Shown here one piece after another: positions 1-14,108 of a stretch of 64,000 nt of DNA. Every line of letters begins with the position of its first letter. The first letter of the stretch is position 1. The stretch comes from the human T2T-CHM13v2.0 reference genome, Homo sapiens. The position numbers were made by a program, and so were the translations under genes. Location: the NCBI RefSeq assembly GCF_009914755.1, contig NC_060938.1. The stretch is one strand, 5' to 3'. The notes beneath the pieces are model-generated. The model was not told where the DNA came from. It ran no database searches and saw only the letters and a program-made list of their open reading frames with translations.

Positions 1-580
1 CTTTGCAAGTAAATCAGGCGGGCCACTCAATAATCTGCCCTGGAAGCTTCATCCCTTCCTTTGGAAAAGAGCTGTGCAGAAGAAAGCCAAAAGCTAAGGA
101 GTGGAGAGGTTTGGGGGGAAAGACAGGAGACAGGTAACTACCAAATTTGGAAAACATAAAACAAACCACCAAATCCTGTCAACAGTAGGGGTCTGGCCTG
201 ATTCCATCAAAGGCTCCCGGTGGAGCCCTGGGCCAGTGGGACCTGCCTTTCTGATCCCTTGCACCCAAGGCTCCAAACCAGCAATAGCTACACTGAGGGC
301 CATGGCTGACATGTGACCCAAACATTTCTGCAATGATATTGTCTCAATTCTGGAAACCCAATGGCTTTTGTTCTCATCATGGTGGCTTTCAGGGTGGGAC
401 CATTTAATCTTAACGCTACAAAAATAATATGACAAAGAAATGAAGGACAACCGGTTGGCCTTCTCAGGGAAATAACCGTAAGCCAAGAACGTGGTTTCTC
501 CTAATCCTAACCTAAGTGTTTGTTTACTGTACCCTTGTATACCCATATTAATGTATGCTACCATTTAAAAGCTAAGCAGA

Positions 581-694
581 TTGAACCCAGGAGCCAGAAG
601 CTGCAGCGAGCGGAGATCGCACCATTTGCACTCCAGCTGGGGCAAGAACAGTGAAACGCCATCTCAAAACAAATAAATACATAAAAATAAAAAC
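581..694 (+). mobile_element. 5'-truncated Alu (right-arm end) with 14-bp TSD
   Basis: TTGAACCCAGGAG...GCACTCCAGC...CATCTC + A-rich tail; AAAAGCTAAGCAGA at 567-580 and 695-708. Confidence 0.9.
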
Positions 695-1414
695 AAAAGC
701 TAAGCAGAATAAACCCCCAGGACTGTGCAGGACATTCACAAGGTAATTGATCCAGATGCAGAGAGGCAGGCTGAAGAATAGTAAGAACAGGTGATCTGGA
801 GCCACACAGACGTTTCCTGAGTGGCCCTGCACAAATCACAGCGCCATGGGAAGTCTTGCTTCCTCACTGGTAAAACAGTGACCCACTTAGAGATAGCTGG
901 GAGGCTCAGAGATGGCATAATATAAAACACCTTCAGTAGCGGCCCTACCTACAGGTACTCAATAAATGGCAGACAGCATCATGAAAATCTCCTTTTGGAC
1001 ACAAGAAAGACAATGAAACTGGCTTACAATGTCTTTCATTGAACCATATCTGATTGATTTTCATCTCCAACAGCAGCGGTGGGAAGGGCCTCCAGCAAAC
1101 AGATGGGACGAGTGAAGATAAAATGATCATCTATTTGAATGCAGTGGTGGTCCTGGCTCAACAAATTCACTGGGAAGAGCTTTTTGACATTCTCAGCTCC
1201 CCCTCTATTTGCATCACTCCCTGCATCTGCTTTCTATGAACCCCACACCCCACACTCACTACTGGGACTTCTCCCTTGCTAGGGAAGCTACTATCACTGA
1301 CTCATGACTACCTGGCTGCTGAAAGTCTTTTGCCCAGGTCTCTGCACTGTCAACATCAAGCTGAGGTTTAATTCCATACTTGGTCAGTTCATTGTGGCCA
1401 TCTCCCAAAAAAAA

Positions 1415-1678
<264 letters not shown>

Positions 1679-1886
1679 TAGTAAAATGGTTTACTTGAAA
1701 ACTTTAAAAATGGAAATATGCAAAGGATAGAATGCTCAAGTTTCTTAGGCCAGGAAAAATTACATTTAATGTTCCTAATAGGAGAGAGAAGGCTATAACT
1801 TGATTATAGTTGTGTAGTAAGTTTGAGAGTTGGAGCTTTCTTAGAAAAATATCTGCATCTCATCTGAAGACAAGAATATGGAATGC

Positions 1887-2202
1887 TTTTTTTGTTTGTT
1901 TTTTTTTGTTTGTTTTTTTTTAGACAGAGTCTCGCTCTTGTTGCCCAGGCTGGAGCGCAGTGGCACAATCTTGGCTCATTGCAATCTCCGCCTCCCAGGT
2001 TCAAGCCTCTCCTGCCTCAGCCTCCTGAGTAGCTGGGATTACAGGCACCCGCCACCACGCCCGGCTAATTTCTGTACTTTTAGGAGAGACAGGGTTTCTC
2101 CATGTTGGCCAGGCTGGTCTCAAACTCCTAACCTGAAGTGATCCGCCCACCTTGGCCTCCCCAAAGTGCTGGGATTACAGGCGTGAGCCACTGCGCCCGG
2201 CC
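1887..2202 (-). mobile_element. Alu (AluS-like), full length
   Basis: Complete reverse-strand Alu ending GCGCCCGGCC. Confidence 0.93.
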
Positions 2203-2248
2203 GTGGAGTGCTTTTTATTAAAAAAAAAAAAAAAAAGGAAAAGAAATA

Positions 2249-2559
2249 GGCCAGGTGCGGTGGCTCATGCCTGTAATCCCAGCACTTTGGGAGGCCGAGG
2301 TGGGTGGATCACCTGAGGTCAGGAGTTCGAAACCAGCCTGACTAACATGGTGAAACCCCATCTCTACTAAAAATACCATAATTAGCTGGGTTTTGTGGTG
2401 GGTGCCTGTAATCCCAGCTACTTAAGAGGCTGAAGCAGGATAATCTCTTGAACCCAGGAGGCAGAGGTTGCAGTGAGCTGAGATCGCGCCATTGCACTCC
2501 AGCCTGGGTGACAGAGTGAGACTCCGTCTCAAAAAATAAATAAATAAATAAATAAATAA
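2249..2559 (+). mobile_element. Alu (AluS-like), full length, (TAAA)n tail
   Basis: GGCCAGGTGCGGTGGCTCATGCCTGTAATCCCAGC... to GTCTC + tail. Confidence 0.93.
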
Positions 2560-2855
2560 CTGTGAGGGCCACACACCATTAAGTGTCGGGGAATTCAAAA
2601 TAATAAGCGAAGAATATTCATTTATAGGAAAGTATGCGTGTGTATTCACACTCACATTTTTGTGTGTATATATACACTAACACCCCCAGAAAAAAAACTG
2701 AGAAAAATTACATGGAAAAATGAGTAAAAAAAATTATGGATGAGCCCAAGTTTCTTTTAAAATTAAAAACCACCTGGGGGAATAAAAATCAACTCTCTAT
2801 TAAAAATAAAAAATCAATGCACAAAAAGAAAAGCAAACAAGAGCCCATATTGTAG

Positions 2856-3212
<357 letters not shown>

Positions 3213-3791
3213 TATACTTTAAACATTGTTATTCAAACCGTGGGCCAGATACATTCATGGGTCATGAAATGAACGGAATGGATCATAAGCAGCACTGTTT
3301 TAATGGAACAGAATGTAACAAACTAGAACCAAATAGAATGGACTACCATATATCTGCAGTAACATATAGTGAAATTTGTATTTGCATAGTTGTGTATATA
3401 CATGTTTACTGATCACCAAGTAACATACACTTCTTACTGGGAAGCCGGGTCAACAAAGTTTGGTATCCACTGATCTAGGACAGTAGTGTCTGGTTGTGTT
3501 TTTTCCCCCTTCTCACCACTTGTGAGGAAGAAAGCCCCCTATTAGCAACAGTGGGGGACTTACACGTGGCTCTGGGGCAGTGCCTAAAGAACGGGGATAA
3601 GGAGGCAGGCCCCATGTCAAAGTGGAGCAGGCACCACCTCTGCCCAGGCCTGTTCTGCCCTGGCCAGGGAGGGATAGCCTGTAACAATTTCAGTTTGTGC
3701 AGAACATTCAGGTATGAAAAGAAAAAAAAAGAAAAAAGAAAAAAGGACCAAAAAAAAAAAAGTATGATTTTTAGACTTTAAAATTAAGACA

Positions 3792-4107
<316 letters not shown>

Positions 4108-4344
4108 AAATTAAAACAACACAGAAAGTTTACATTTTATAACAACCTTATTATGCAGATGATATTTACACTTCAGAAATATTTAAGACAATTGTAACCC
4201 TGTAAAGCTGATGAGATATTAAAACAAGACAAAAACTGAAAACGAAATGGAGTGGGGAGCTGGGTGTGTGTTGGTGATCTTGAAACAATAGCTTTTGATG
4301 TTTCTGACACACCATTTTGGAGGGTGCTTCTAACACTACCCACC

Positions 4345-4740
4345 TTCATTCATTCCTTCATTCATACGCTCATGCATTCATTCATTCATTCCTGTGGTGC
4401 CTACTACATGCCAGGCACCATGAAGGGTCCACTTGTGAATACAAAACAATACAAAAAGGAGACCGACCTCCTGAAGCTTGGATTATAGATGGGAAAAAAC
4501 ACAGTAAGTAAAGAAATAAATAAGCAAGATTATGACAGACTGTAATACCTGCTAGGAAGGAAACAGAATAAGCCATGAGTTAGAAGAAAGGAAGTTGCTG
4601 CTGTGTGAGAAATAAATGGGCTGGAAGTGGCAAGAGCACCTGCAGAGAACTGATATGACGGTCCAGGACCAAGATGACCATGGGTGTTGGTTCAGGTGGG
4701 CAGCAATGAGACGGAGAAAGGAGGACAGCTCCCGAATGTA
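4345..4740 (-). mobile_element. L2 3' end relic
   Basis: (TTCA)n-like run followed by GTGCCTACTACATGCCAGGCAC, typical of the L2 terminus in reverse. Confidence 0.6.
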
Positions 4741-4746
4741 CTCTGA

Positions 4747-5352
<606 letters not shown>

Positions 5353-5439
5353 TCAAGTAGGAGAAGTAATTGATATTCAGTAATGGTGTGGGATCATTTG
5401 ATTTTCCATATGAAAAAATATGTATATAAACATATACTA

Positions 5440-5544
5440 ACTGGGTTTGTGTACATATACTTTGTGATGTTCTCATGATGATGCAATTGCCTAACGACGT
5501 ATTTCTCAAAACTTATTCTCGCTATTATGCAACGCGCGACTGTA
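5440..5544 (+). mobile_element. Tigger3-like DNA transposon end
   Basis: TTGCCTAACGACGTATTTCTCAAAAC...CAACGCGCGACTG-TA resembles the Tigger3 terminus with TA target. Confidence 0.6.
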
Positions 5545-5691
5545 TCTGGAGGAATGGACTGCATAAGCCACCTCTCTCCCCTCTGCTATACCCTCATTGA
5601 CCCCAACCTTTCTAGCAGAAGCTCATAAATGTCATGGTAGGCCTGAGATTGTCTGGCTTTAGAGGTTTAACATCAACTGGTTCCTCTGTAA

Positions 5692-5936
5692 TAGGGGTTA
5701 GTAAACTTTTCTTAAACAACTTCTCTTTCTGTTACCAGGTCCTCTAATGCATGGCCAGGTCCAACGGCTTCTCAAAGTACATTCTATAGTCTCTGTAGGT
5801 CACATGGTCTCTGTTGCAACAACCCAACTCTGCCATCATAGCACAAAAGCAACCATCAATGTAAACAGATAAACGTGGCTGGGCTTCAGTAAGACCTTAT
5901 TTGCAAAAACATTATCCATAGTTCACTGCCCACTGC
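5692..5936 (+). mobile_element. MER58A-like hAT MITE
   Basis: GGTCTCTGTTGCAACAACCCAACTCTGCCATCATAGCACAAAAGC...TTATTTGCAAAAAC. Confidence 0.7.
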
Positions 5937-6484
5937 CCTACAGCTCCAATACTGGTACCCAGGACTGAGACTCACAACTCCCAGTTTTAGGAAACTTAAA
6001 AACCAGAGAAGGAGTTTTCAGGGTTAAGGGATTTGGGCTGGGTCCTGTGGGATGGGTGGGGTGTGGATGATGGCCTAAGTCAAGTGCTCCAAGGTCGAAA
6101 AGGAAGACCCCCAGTGGGGGATACAGACACGGACTAGAGTAAGTTACCCCATCCGTAATAAGAACACATACCTGGTTGGGCTGCACCTACCATCACTGCC
6201 TTGAGTAATCATGGCATACATGCAGCTCACTCCCCACCCCGGGTCTTAGTTTCCTCATCTATAAATTAGGTGCTGAGATGAAATCATCCCAAAGGCCCAT
6301 CATTCTATGCTTTGGGAACGTGTGATTACAGATTAATTAGAATACATGGGTCCTCATGTCTCCAACTCCTTCACAGTTTCAACACAGCCAGCTTTCTGTT
6401 CTAGGCCAGTACCACCCATGTGTGGGGTCAGTGAGAAACACATTATTGTGCTTTCAAAGGGGAGCCCTTACTTGGCTGACATGG

Positions 6485-6695
6485 ACATTGGAGTCAGACA
6501 GACCCGAGTCTGAGTCTTGTTTCAATTTCTCAGCTGTGTGGACTTGGGCAAAATACATAACTGCTCTGAGCTTCAAATTTTTCATCCATAAAATGGGAGT
6601 GAATTAATAATACCTGCTTCACAAGATTGTTGTGAGGATTAAAGGAGATAATATTGTGCTTGCTTGGCACATGGTAACAGTTCAATAAATATCAG
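6485..6695 (+). mobile_element. MIR
   Basis: TGGAGTCAGACAGACC...TGTGGACTTGGGCAA...CATCCATAAAATGGG...GTTGTGAGGATTAAA. Confidence 0.75.
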
Positions 6696-6701
6696 CTCTC
6701 G

Positions 6702-7006
<305 letters not shown>

Positions 7007-7923
7007 TTATTATGATGGCAACAAAATATTAAATAGCCAGCTTTCCTTGACACTGAGCTCCAAACCATTCAGTGCCTGCCTGATGGAATAGGTACTTGTC
7101 AAATTGTGAAATCATGCAGATTTCATCTAAAAAAATTGCACATGACTATTTGTTTTCCATAGTCTGATGTTAATTTCCTTGGTCCAAAAGAAGCGTTTTG
7201 TCTCAGATGCACTAAGATAGAGGTGGAAATGGAAGGATCGAAATAGAACAAAGCAAAGAGCCAGCCACTGGAGTAGTGCCAAGAAGGACATGGGACTTTG
7301 AGAAAGCTACTTGCTTTGAGTCATGTCTTCGTGCACACTGAGAGATGCTCCGGCCGGTATGGCAGTCCAGGGCTTCCTAGAGAGGTCCTGCCCCAAAGGG
7401 CTTACCACCTGCCACCTCCTTCCTTAAGGAGGAGAGGCCCTGACCCCGATACTGCAAGGGAGCAGGACAGGGCAACAGCCTGACTTAGAGAATAAAGCTG
7501 GAGTGGGCAGAGGTGGATAAGAGAAGGGTCTCCCTGGCTGGGGCAGCTGGGCCTCTGAGGCCACTGTTCTCTCACGGATCCTTGAGCTCATGGTGGGAAC
7601 TGGAGCGGATATGGTCCACTTCCTCATCACCAAAAGATACTTGTAACTTTATAGAGAGGTGGCCTAGAGTTGGTACTCCTCATCAAGCTGTCATTCTGTC
7701 CAGCATATCCCACGGTCTCCCAGGATCTGGCAGGCTTGAAGGCTTCTCCTGGAAACGGCCTAGGTTTATTTCACTATGAGTGCCCAGTTAATTCCCCGGG
7801 GCCCCTGCACACTGGCCTTGCGTTTCTGCCCCCACTGCACAAAATGCCCTCCCCTCCCGCCAAAACTGCCTCCTCCTCTGGACCTGGCTCTGGCTCAACT
7901 CCTCAGGGCCCAGCTGCCCCTAA

Positions 7924-8305
7924 AGGAGGAAGGAGAGAGGGAAAGAGGGAGGGATGAGAGAGGAAGAGAGAGGGATGGAGAGAGAGAGGGGAAGAAAGAG
8001 AAGGAAAGAAAGAGGGAGAAAGAGAAAGGGAGGGAGGGAGGGAGAAAGGGAAAGGGAGGGAGGGAGGCAGGAAGACAGGGAGAGAGGTAAAAAGAGAGGG
8101 AGGAAGGGAGGAGGGAAAGGATGAGAGGGAGAGGGAGGGAAGGAGAAAGAGGGGAAGGAAAGAGGAAGGGAGGGAAAAACGGTGAGAGAGAGAAGGAAAA
8201 AAAGGGACACAGAGGGAGTGACGGAAGGAGGTGAGGAGAGAGAGAGAGAGAGAGAAGAAGAAAGGGAGAGAGGGAGGGAAGGAGGGAAGGAGGGAAGGAA
8301 GGAAG
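7924..8305 (+). repeat. Polypurine (GA-rich) low-complexity tract
   Basis: ~380 nt nearly pure G/A (GGGA, GGAA, GA units). Confidence 0.95.
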
Positions 8306-8371
8306 GCTGGGGCAAGAGCTGATACCCTCACAGCCGCAGGTTCCCCCATGTTTCCACAAAACTCATCCTCA

Positions 8372-10553
8372 GCTACCACCACCTCCAGCACCACCTCCAC
8401 CACCACCACCTCCAGCACCACCTCCACCACCACCTCCACCACTACCACCTCCACCACCACCTCCACCACCACCTCCACCACCACCACCTCCAGCACCACC
8501 TCCACCACCACCTCCACCACTACCACCTCCACCACCACCTCCACCACCACCTCCACCACCACCACCTCCAGCACCACCTCCACCACCACCTCCACCACTA
8601 CCACCTCCACCACCACCTCCACCACCACCTCCACCACCACCTCCACCACCACCACCTCCAGCACCACCTCCACCACCACCACCACCACTACCACCTCCAG
8701 CACCACCTCCACCACCACCTCCACCACCACCACCTCCAGCACCACCACCACCACCACCACCACCACTACCACCTCCAGCACCACCTCCACCACCACCACC
8801 TCCAGCACCACCTCCACCACCACCACCACCACTACCACCTCCAGCACCACCTCCACCACCACCTCCACCACTACCACCTCCAGCACCACCTCCACCACCA
8901 CCTCCACCACCACCACCTCCAGCACCACCTCCACCACCACCACCACCACTACCACCTCCAGCACCACCTCCACCACCACCTCCACCACCACCACCTCCAG
9001 CACCACCACCACCACCACCTCCAGCACCACCTCCACCACTACCACCTCCAGCACCACCTCCACCACCACCTCCACCACCACCACCTCCAGCACCACCACC
9101 ACCACCACCTCCAGCACCACCTCCACCACCACCTCCACCACTACCACCTCCAGCACCACCTCCACCACTACCACCTCCAGCACCACCTCCAGCACCACCT
9201 CCACCACTACCACCTCCAGCACTACCTCCACCACCACCACCTCCAGCACCACCACCACCACCACCACCTCCAGCACCACCTCCACCACTACCACCTCCAG
9301 CACTACCTCCACCACCACCACCTCCAGCACCACCTCCACCACCACCTCCACCACTACCACCTCCAGCACTACCTCCACCACCACCTCCACCACTACCACC
9401 TCCAGCACCACCTCCACCACCACCTCCACCACTACCACCTCCAGCACCACCTCCACCACCACCTCCACCACCACCACCTCCAGCACCACCTCCACCACTA
9501 CCACCTCCAGCACCACCTCCACCACCACCTCCACCACTACCACCTCCAGCACTACCTCCACCACCACCACCTCCAGCACCACCTCCACCACCACCTCCAC
9601 CACTACCACCTCCAGCACCACCTCCACCACCACCTCCACCACTACCACCTCCAGCACTACCTCCACCACCACCACCTCCAGCACCACCTCCACCACCACC
9701 TCCACCACTACCACCTCCAGCACCACCTCCACCACCACCTCCACCACTACCACCTCCAGCACCACCTCCACCACCACCTCCACCACCACCACCTCCAGCA
9801 CCACCTCCACCACCACCTCCACCACCACCTCCAGCACTACCTCCACCACCACCTCCACCACTACCACCTCCAGCACCACCTCCACCACCACCACCTCCAG
9901 CACTACCTCCACCACCACCTCCAGCACCACCTCCACCACCACCACCTCCAGCACCACCTCCACCACCACCACCTCCAGCACCACCACCACCTCCTCCTCC
10001 TCCACCACTACCACCTCCACCACCACCACCACCACCACCTCCACCACCATCTCCACCACCACCACCTCCAGCACCACCTCCACCACTACCACCTCCAGCA
10101 CCACCTCCACCACCACCTCCACCACCACCACCTCCAGCACCACCTCCACCACCACCTCCACCACCACCTCCAGCACTACCTCCACCACCACCTCCACCAC
10201 TACCACCTCCAGCACCACCTCCACCACCACCACCTCCAGCACTACCTCCACCACCACCTCCAGCACCACCTCCACCACCACCACCTCCAGCACCACCTCC
10301 ACCACCACCACCTCCAGCACCACCACCACCTCCTCCTCCTCCACCACTACCACCTCCACCACCACCACCACCACCACCTCCACCACCATCTCCACCACCA
10401 CCACCACCACCATCTCCACCACCACCACCACCACCATCTCCACCACCACCACCACCACCATCTCCACCACCACCTCCACCACCATCTCCACCACCACCAC
10501 CACCACCACCACCACCACCATCTCCACCACCACCTCCACCACCACCACCACCA
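8372..10553. repeat. ~2.2-kb triplet-phased C/A-rich minisatellite (ACC with TCC/AGC/ACT/ATC variants)
   Basis: Read directly; recurrent 27-39 nt blocks such as TCCAGCACCACCTCCACCACCACCTCCACCACTACCACC, never leaving triplet phase. Confidence 0.98.
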
Positions 10554-11524
10554 GGCCAGAATGCAGACTTCAGTGGGTCACAAACCCATTCAAACTTCCG
10601 TGGGCCTAATGAAAGGTGGATCGTTGGGCCTGATTTTGAAGCAGGTCCCTGAACACCGCTTGTAAAGAGCTAACAGCACAGGAGTTGGGCAGGGCCCTGT
10701 GACACAAAGGCAGGGTCCGTTTCCTTAAGGTGGGGAACCTCTAGAGGAACACAAACAAGAAGTGATTACAAAGGATTACACAAGCTGGCCAATGGGCTGC
10801 CAGACAACAGAGGACAAAAGAGATGAGCCCTGGGGGAGGAAGGGGTTAAAACTGCAGGCGTGCACACACATGTGCACCAGCTCCTCCTGGGGCCTCACAC
10901 CCCTGCTCAGGAAGCCCCTCCAGCTCCCACCTGGGCTATCCCCACAGTAACACCCCCACATCCCCAGCCTCTTAGAGGCTGGGTTCTTGTCACCATACCT
11001 CCTCTGGCCTTCCCACCAAACCCCTGCATGGGGTCCAAGTTCCCAGGGTCATGTGTCTCTTTCAAGATCATGAGAGACAAATACTACAAACTAACCCATG
11101 ACTATGTGCCCATGAGGGGCCACAGGCAATGCCAGGACTTTCCCAGAGAACATTCTGGAAAGAATCCCCACATGTAGCTCCCAACAAGGGGATCAAGTGG
11201 TATGGTTCTTGTCTACACTGCTAACTTGCTGTGTTACTGGGGACAAACCACTTGTCCTCTTAGCTTCACAATCTCTTCATCTGTATATTGGCAAAAATAC
11301 CATCTTCTCCAAAAGTCATTTTGGGCTTAAATGGGATGATGACGTATACAATATACCTAACACCATACTCAGCATGGGAAAGGCAGTTAATCCACTTAAT
11401 TCTCCTCTCTGTCAAGGGACGTCACAGTAGAAGTTAGGTGGTACTAGCAGAAGAACAAACAGAACAGAGCCAAGTTATTCACCATGAACTTACAGCCTCT
11501 GCTTCAAAATATGTAAGGAAGGAA

Positions 11525-11710
11525 GGCCAGGTGCAGTGGCTCATGCCTGGTCACAGGACTTTTGGGAGGCTGAGATGGGAGGACTGCTTGAGCCTAGGAG
11601 GTCAAGGCTGCAGTGAGCTATGATCGAGCCACTGTACTCCAGCCTGGGTAACTGAGCAAGACCCTGTCTGTAAAATATATATATATATATATATATAATA
11701 TATATATATA
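11525..11710 (+). mobile_element. Alu monomer (FRAM/AluJ-like) with (TA)n tail
   Basis: Single-arm Alu ending CAAGACCCTGTCT followed by (AT)n. Confidence 0.8.
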
Positions 11711-13673
11711 TTCTTCCATATCAAAATGTTTAGCAAGTGACTGATTCCTGAAGGCCCTTCATTTTCTAAAATTCTATCATTTACAGTCTAACGACATTGG
11801 GGAAATGTTTACACTTCAAAAATTTAAAAAGAAAACCAGCCAAGTACATAAAAGAGGGAAGAAGAGAGGCAAAAAGAACAAAACTGATTACAAAGAATTT
11901 TTTTCTAGATACCTTATTGTCTATTCCCATAACAAGATCGACAATTACTCCAGCAGTTTAGATTAAAAAAGAAAAAAAAAAAGATTGCTGTAATAACTGA
12001 GAGAAAGTTTCAGTTTTATGTCCAACCTTGCTCTCTAATAGTTTCTTTTTGTTTGTTTTTTTGTTTTGTTTTTGTTTTTGTTTTTGTTTTTTTTCAGAAG
12101 GAAAGATGGAAAAGAGAAGTTATCATTTCTTTCTCAAGATCCTGGCCCCATGAGCCTCAGTGTAGCCCTAGTTCCTGGGATCAGCACCAACAGGCAGGGA
12201 GGAGAGGCTCTGGCGCCCTGCAGACAGCACCAGGTTCTTGGCATCAGGAGCTGGATACAGAGTCCCTGATAATCCCAGCCACAGAATATTTCAAACTCAC
12301 CGACATGTCCTCTAAATATCAGATATGAAAAGGCTTCCACTCTTGCACCTGTCTTGCTATTATTTTACAGATGTGTTCTAAAAGCTATAAAGACGGAAAT
12401 CACTATTAGTGTGTCACTTATGTGATATTCAGACACCTGAGCTCTGTGATGATTTTAATGCCCCACAGGTCTTTCAGAAATCCACCTCATATACCTCAGA
12501 ACGCCCCTCCATCTGCAAGGGAACGCATGTGGAACAGGTGGAGAAGGAATTCTTTTAGGCCCATGGGTAGAATTGTAAGGACTCTTGTAAATGCTTCTTC
12601 TGTAGTAGAGAAGCTGGACGGTATGTGTGTGTGCTTATGCGTGTTTGAATGGACGCAGGAAAAATCAATAATCTGCTTGCATCAACACCTAAATAAAACC
12701 AAAATAATCCCATGATTTGCCTAAAACCAAATTAATCTCTAGGAAAAGCCTGCTGTGACAGAGTTGTGTGGGGGCGGGAATTACAAAAGAAACGCAGAAT
12801 TTCCCCGAGCTTCCGCTTTGCAGGAATCTCTGTTCCGTTACTCACTATTTTGAGAGAGCCCTGCTTCTTCCTCCTTCTCCCCACCACACGTCAATGTCAT
12901 TTTCACAGGGGGGAGGCTACAGGAAGCACACATCTGCAGTGTGTCACCTCCCGAGGCTGACAGATCTACTCAGTATTTGTTTGGGTTGAAAATAGTTATT
13001 TTTTTGTACTCTCTACACTATTGTTTCCCAAGTGCCAAAAGCAGTCAAGAGCTAGCACGCTAACAACGATCAATCATAAAATGATCATGAAAACATCCAA
13101 ATTATATTGACTTTGAAATACTGTCAAACTCTACACTGCTAAGTTCTAATAAAGAAAAGGAAACAGAAACACACCCCTCATACTCCAAGTCAGAAGGCCA
13201 AAGAGGTGGCATCTTTAAAATCACTATCTAGCTAAATCGGTTTTATCCAACTAAATCTTAGGATCCTCCCAAATTAGTTTTACCACTCTGTCTTGGGAGG
13301 GCCTTTAGCAAATAAGGGTTTAACTCTTCTTCTCCATCTGAAACCTCATCGCATGACATAGGCTGACTAAAAAGGGTAGAGGCACAGAAGCATTTAAAAA
13401 AACTTCAAACACATGCAAAACACACAGGAAGCTAAAAAGCGGATCGTTTTATATACTTCTAATAGCTGCCATGCTATGCCACTTCAAAGAGTCAAACTAT
13501 TACTCAAATGAACTCAATATATTATGTGGCATGAAGCCATAAACTCTCACGTACACACAAAGTACACATGGAGAGATTTTAAAATTTAACATGAAAGTTA
13601 AATAATTATTACAGAGAAACATAAAGTAACTAGAATAACTAACATAAAGTTATTCTGTAATAACTTTATTATA

Positions 13674-14108
<435 letters not shown>

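Noticed and set aside
94-564. 156-aa minus-strand ORF as an exon or processed pseudogene
   Set aside because: No recognisable domain or similarity to FOXN3 downstream exons; no poly(A)/TSD pair
8372-10553. CRISPR-like or telomeric array
   Set aside because: No constant repeat with unique spacers, no TTAGGG; eukaryotic intronic minisatellite
8231-10609. 792-aa Thr/Ser ORF as a mucin or adhesin gene
   Set aside because: Entirely simple repeat, GTG start in a purine tract, no signal peptide, TM or Cys-rich domains; most frames are open by composition
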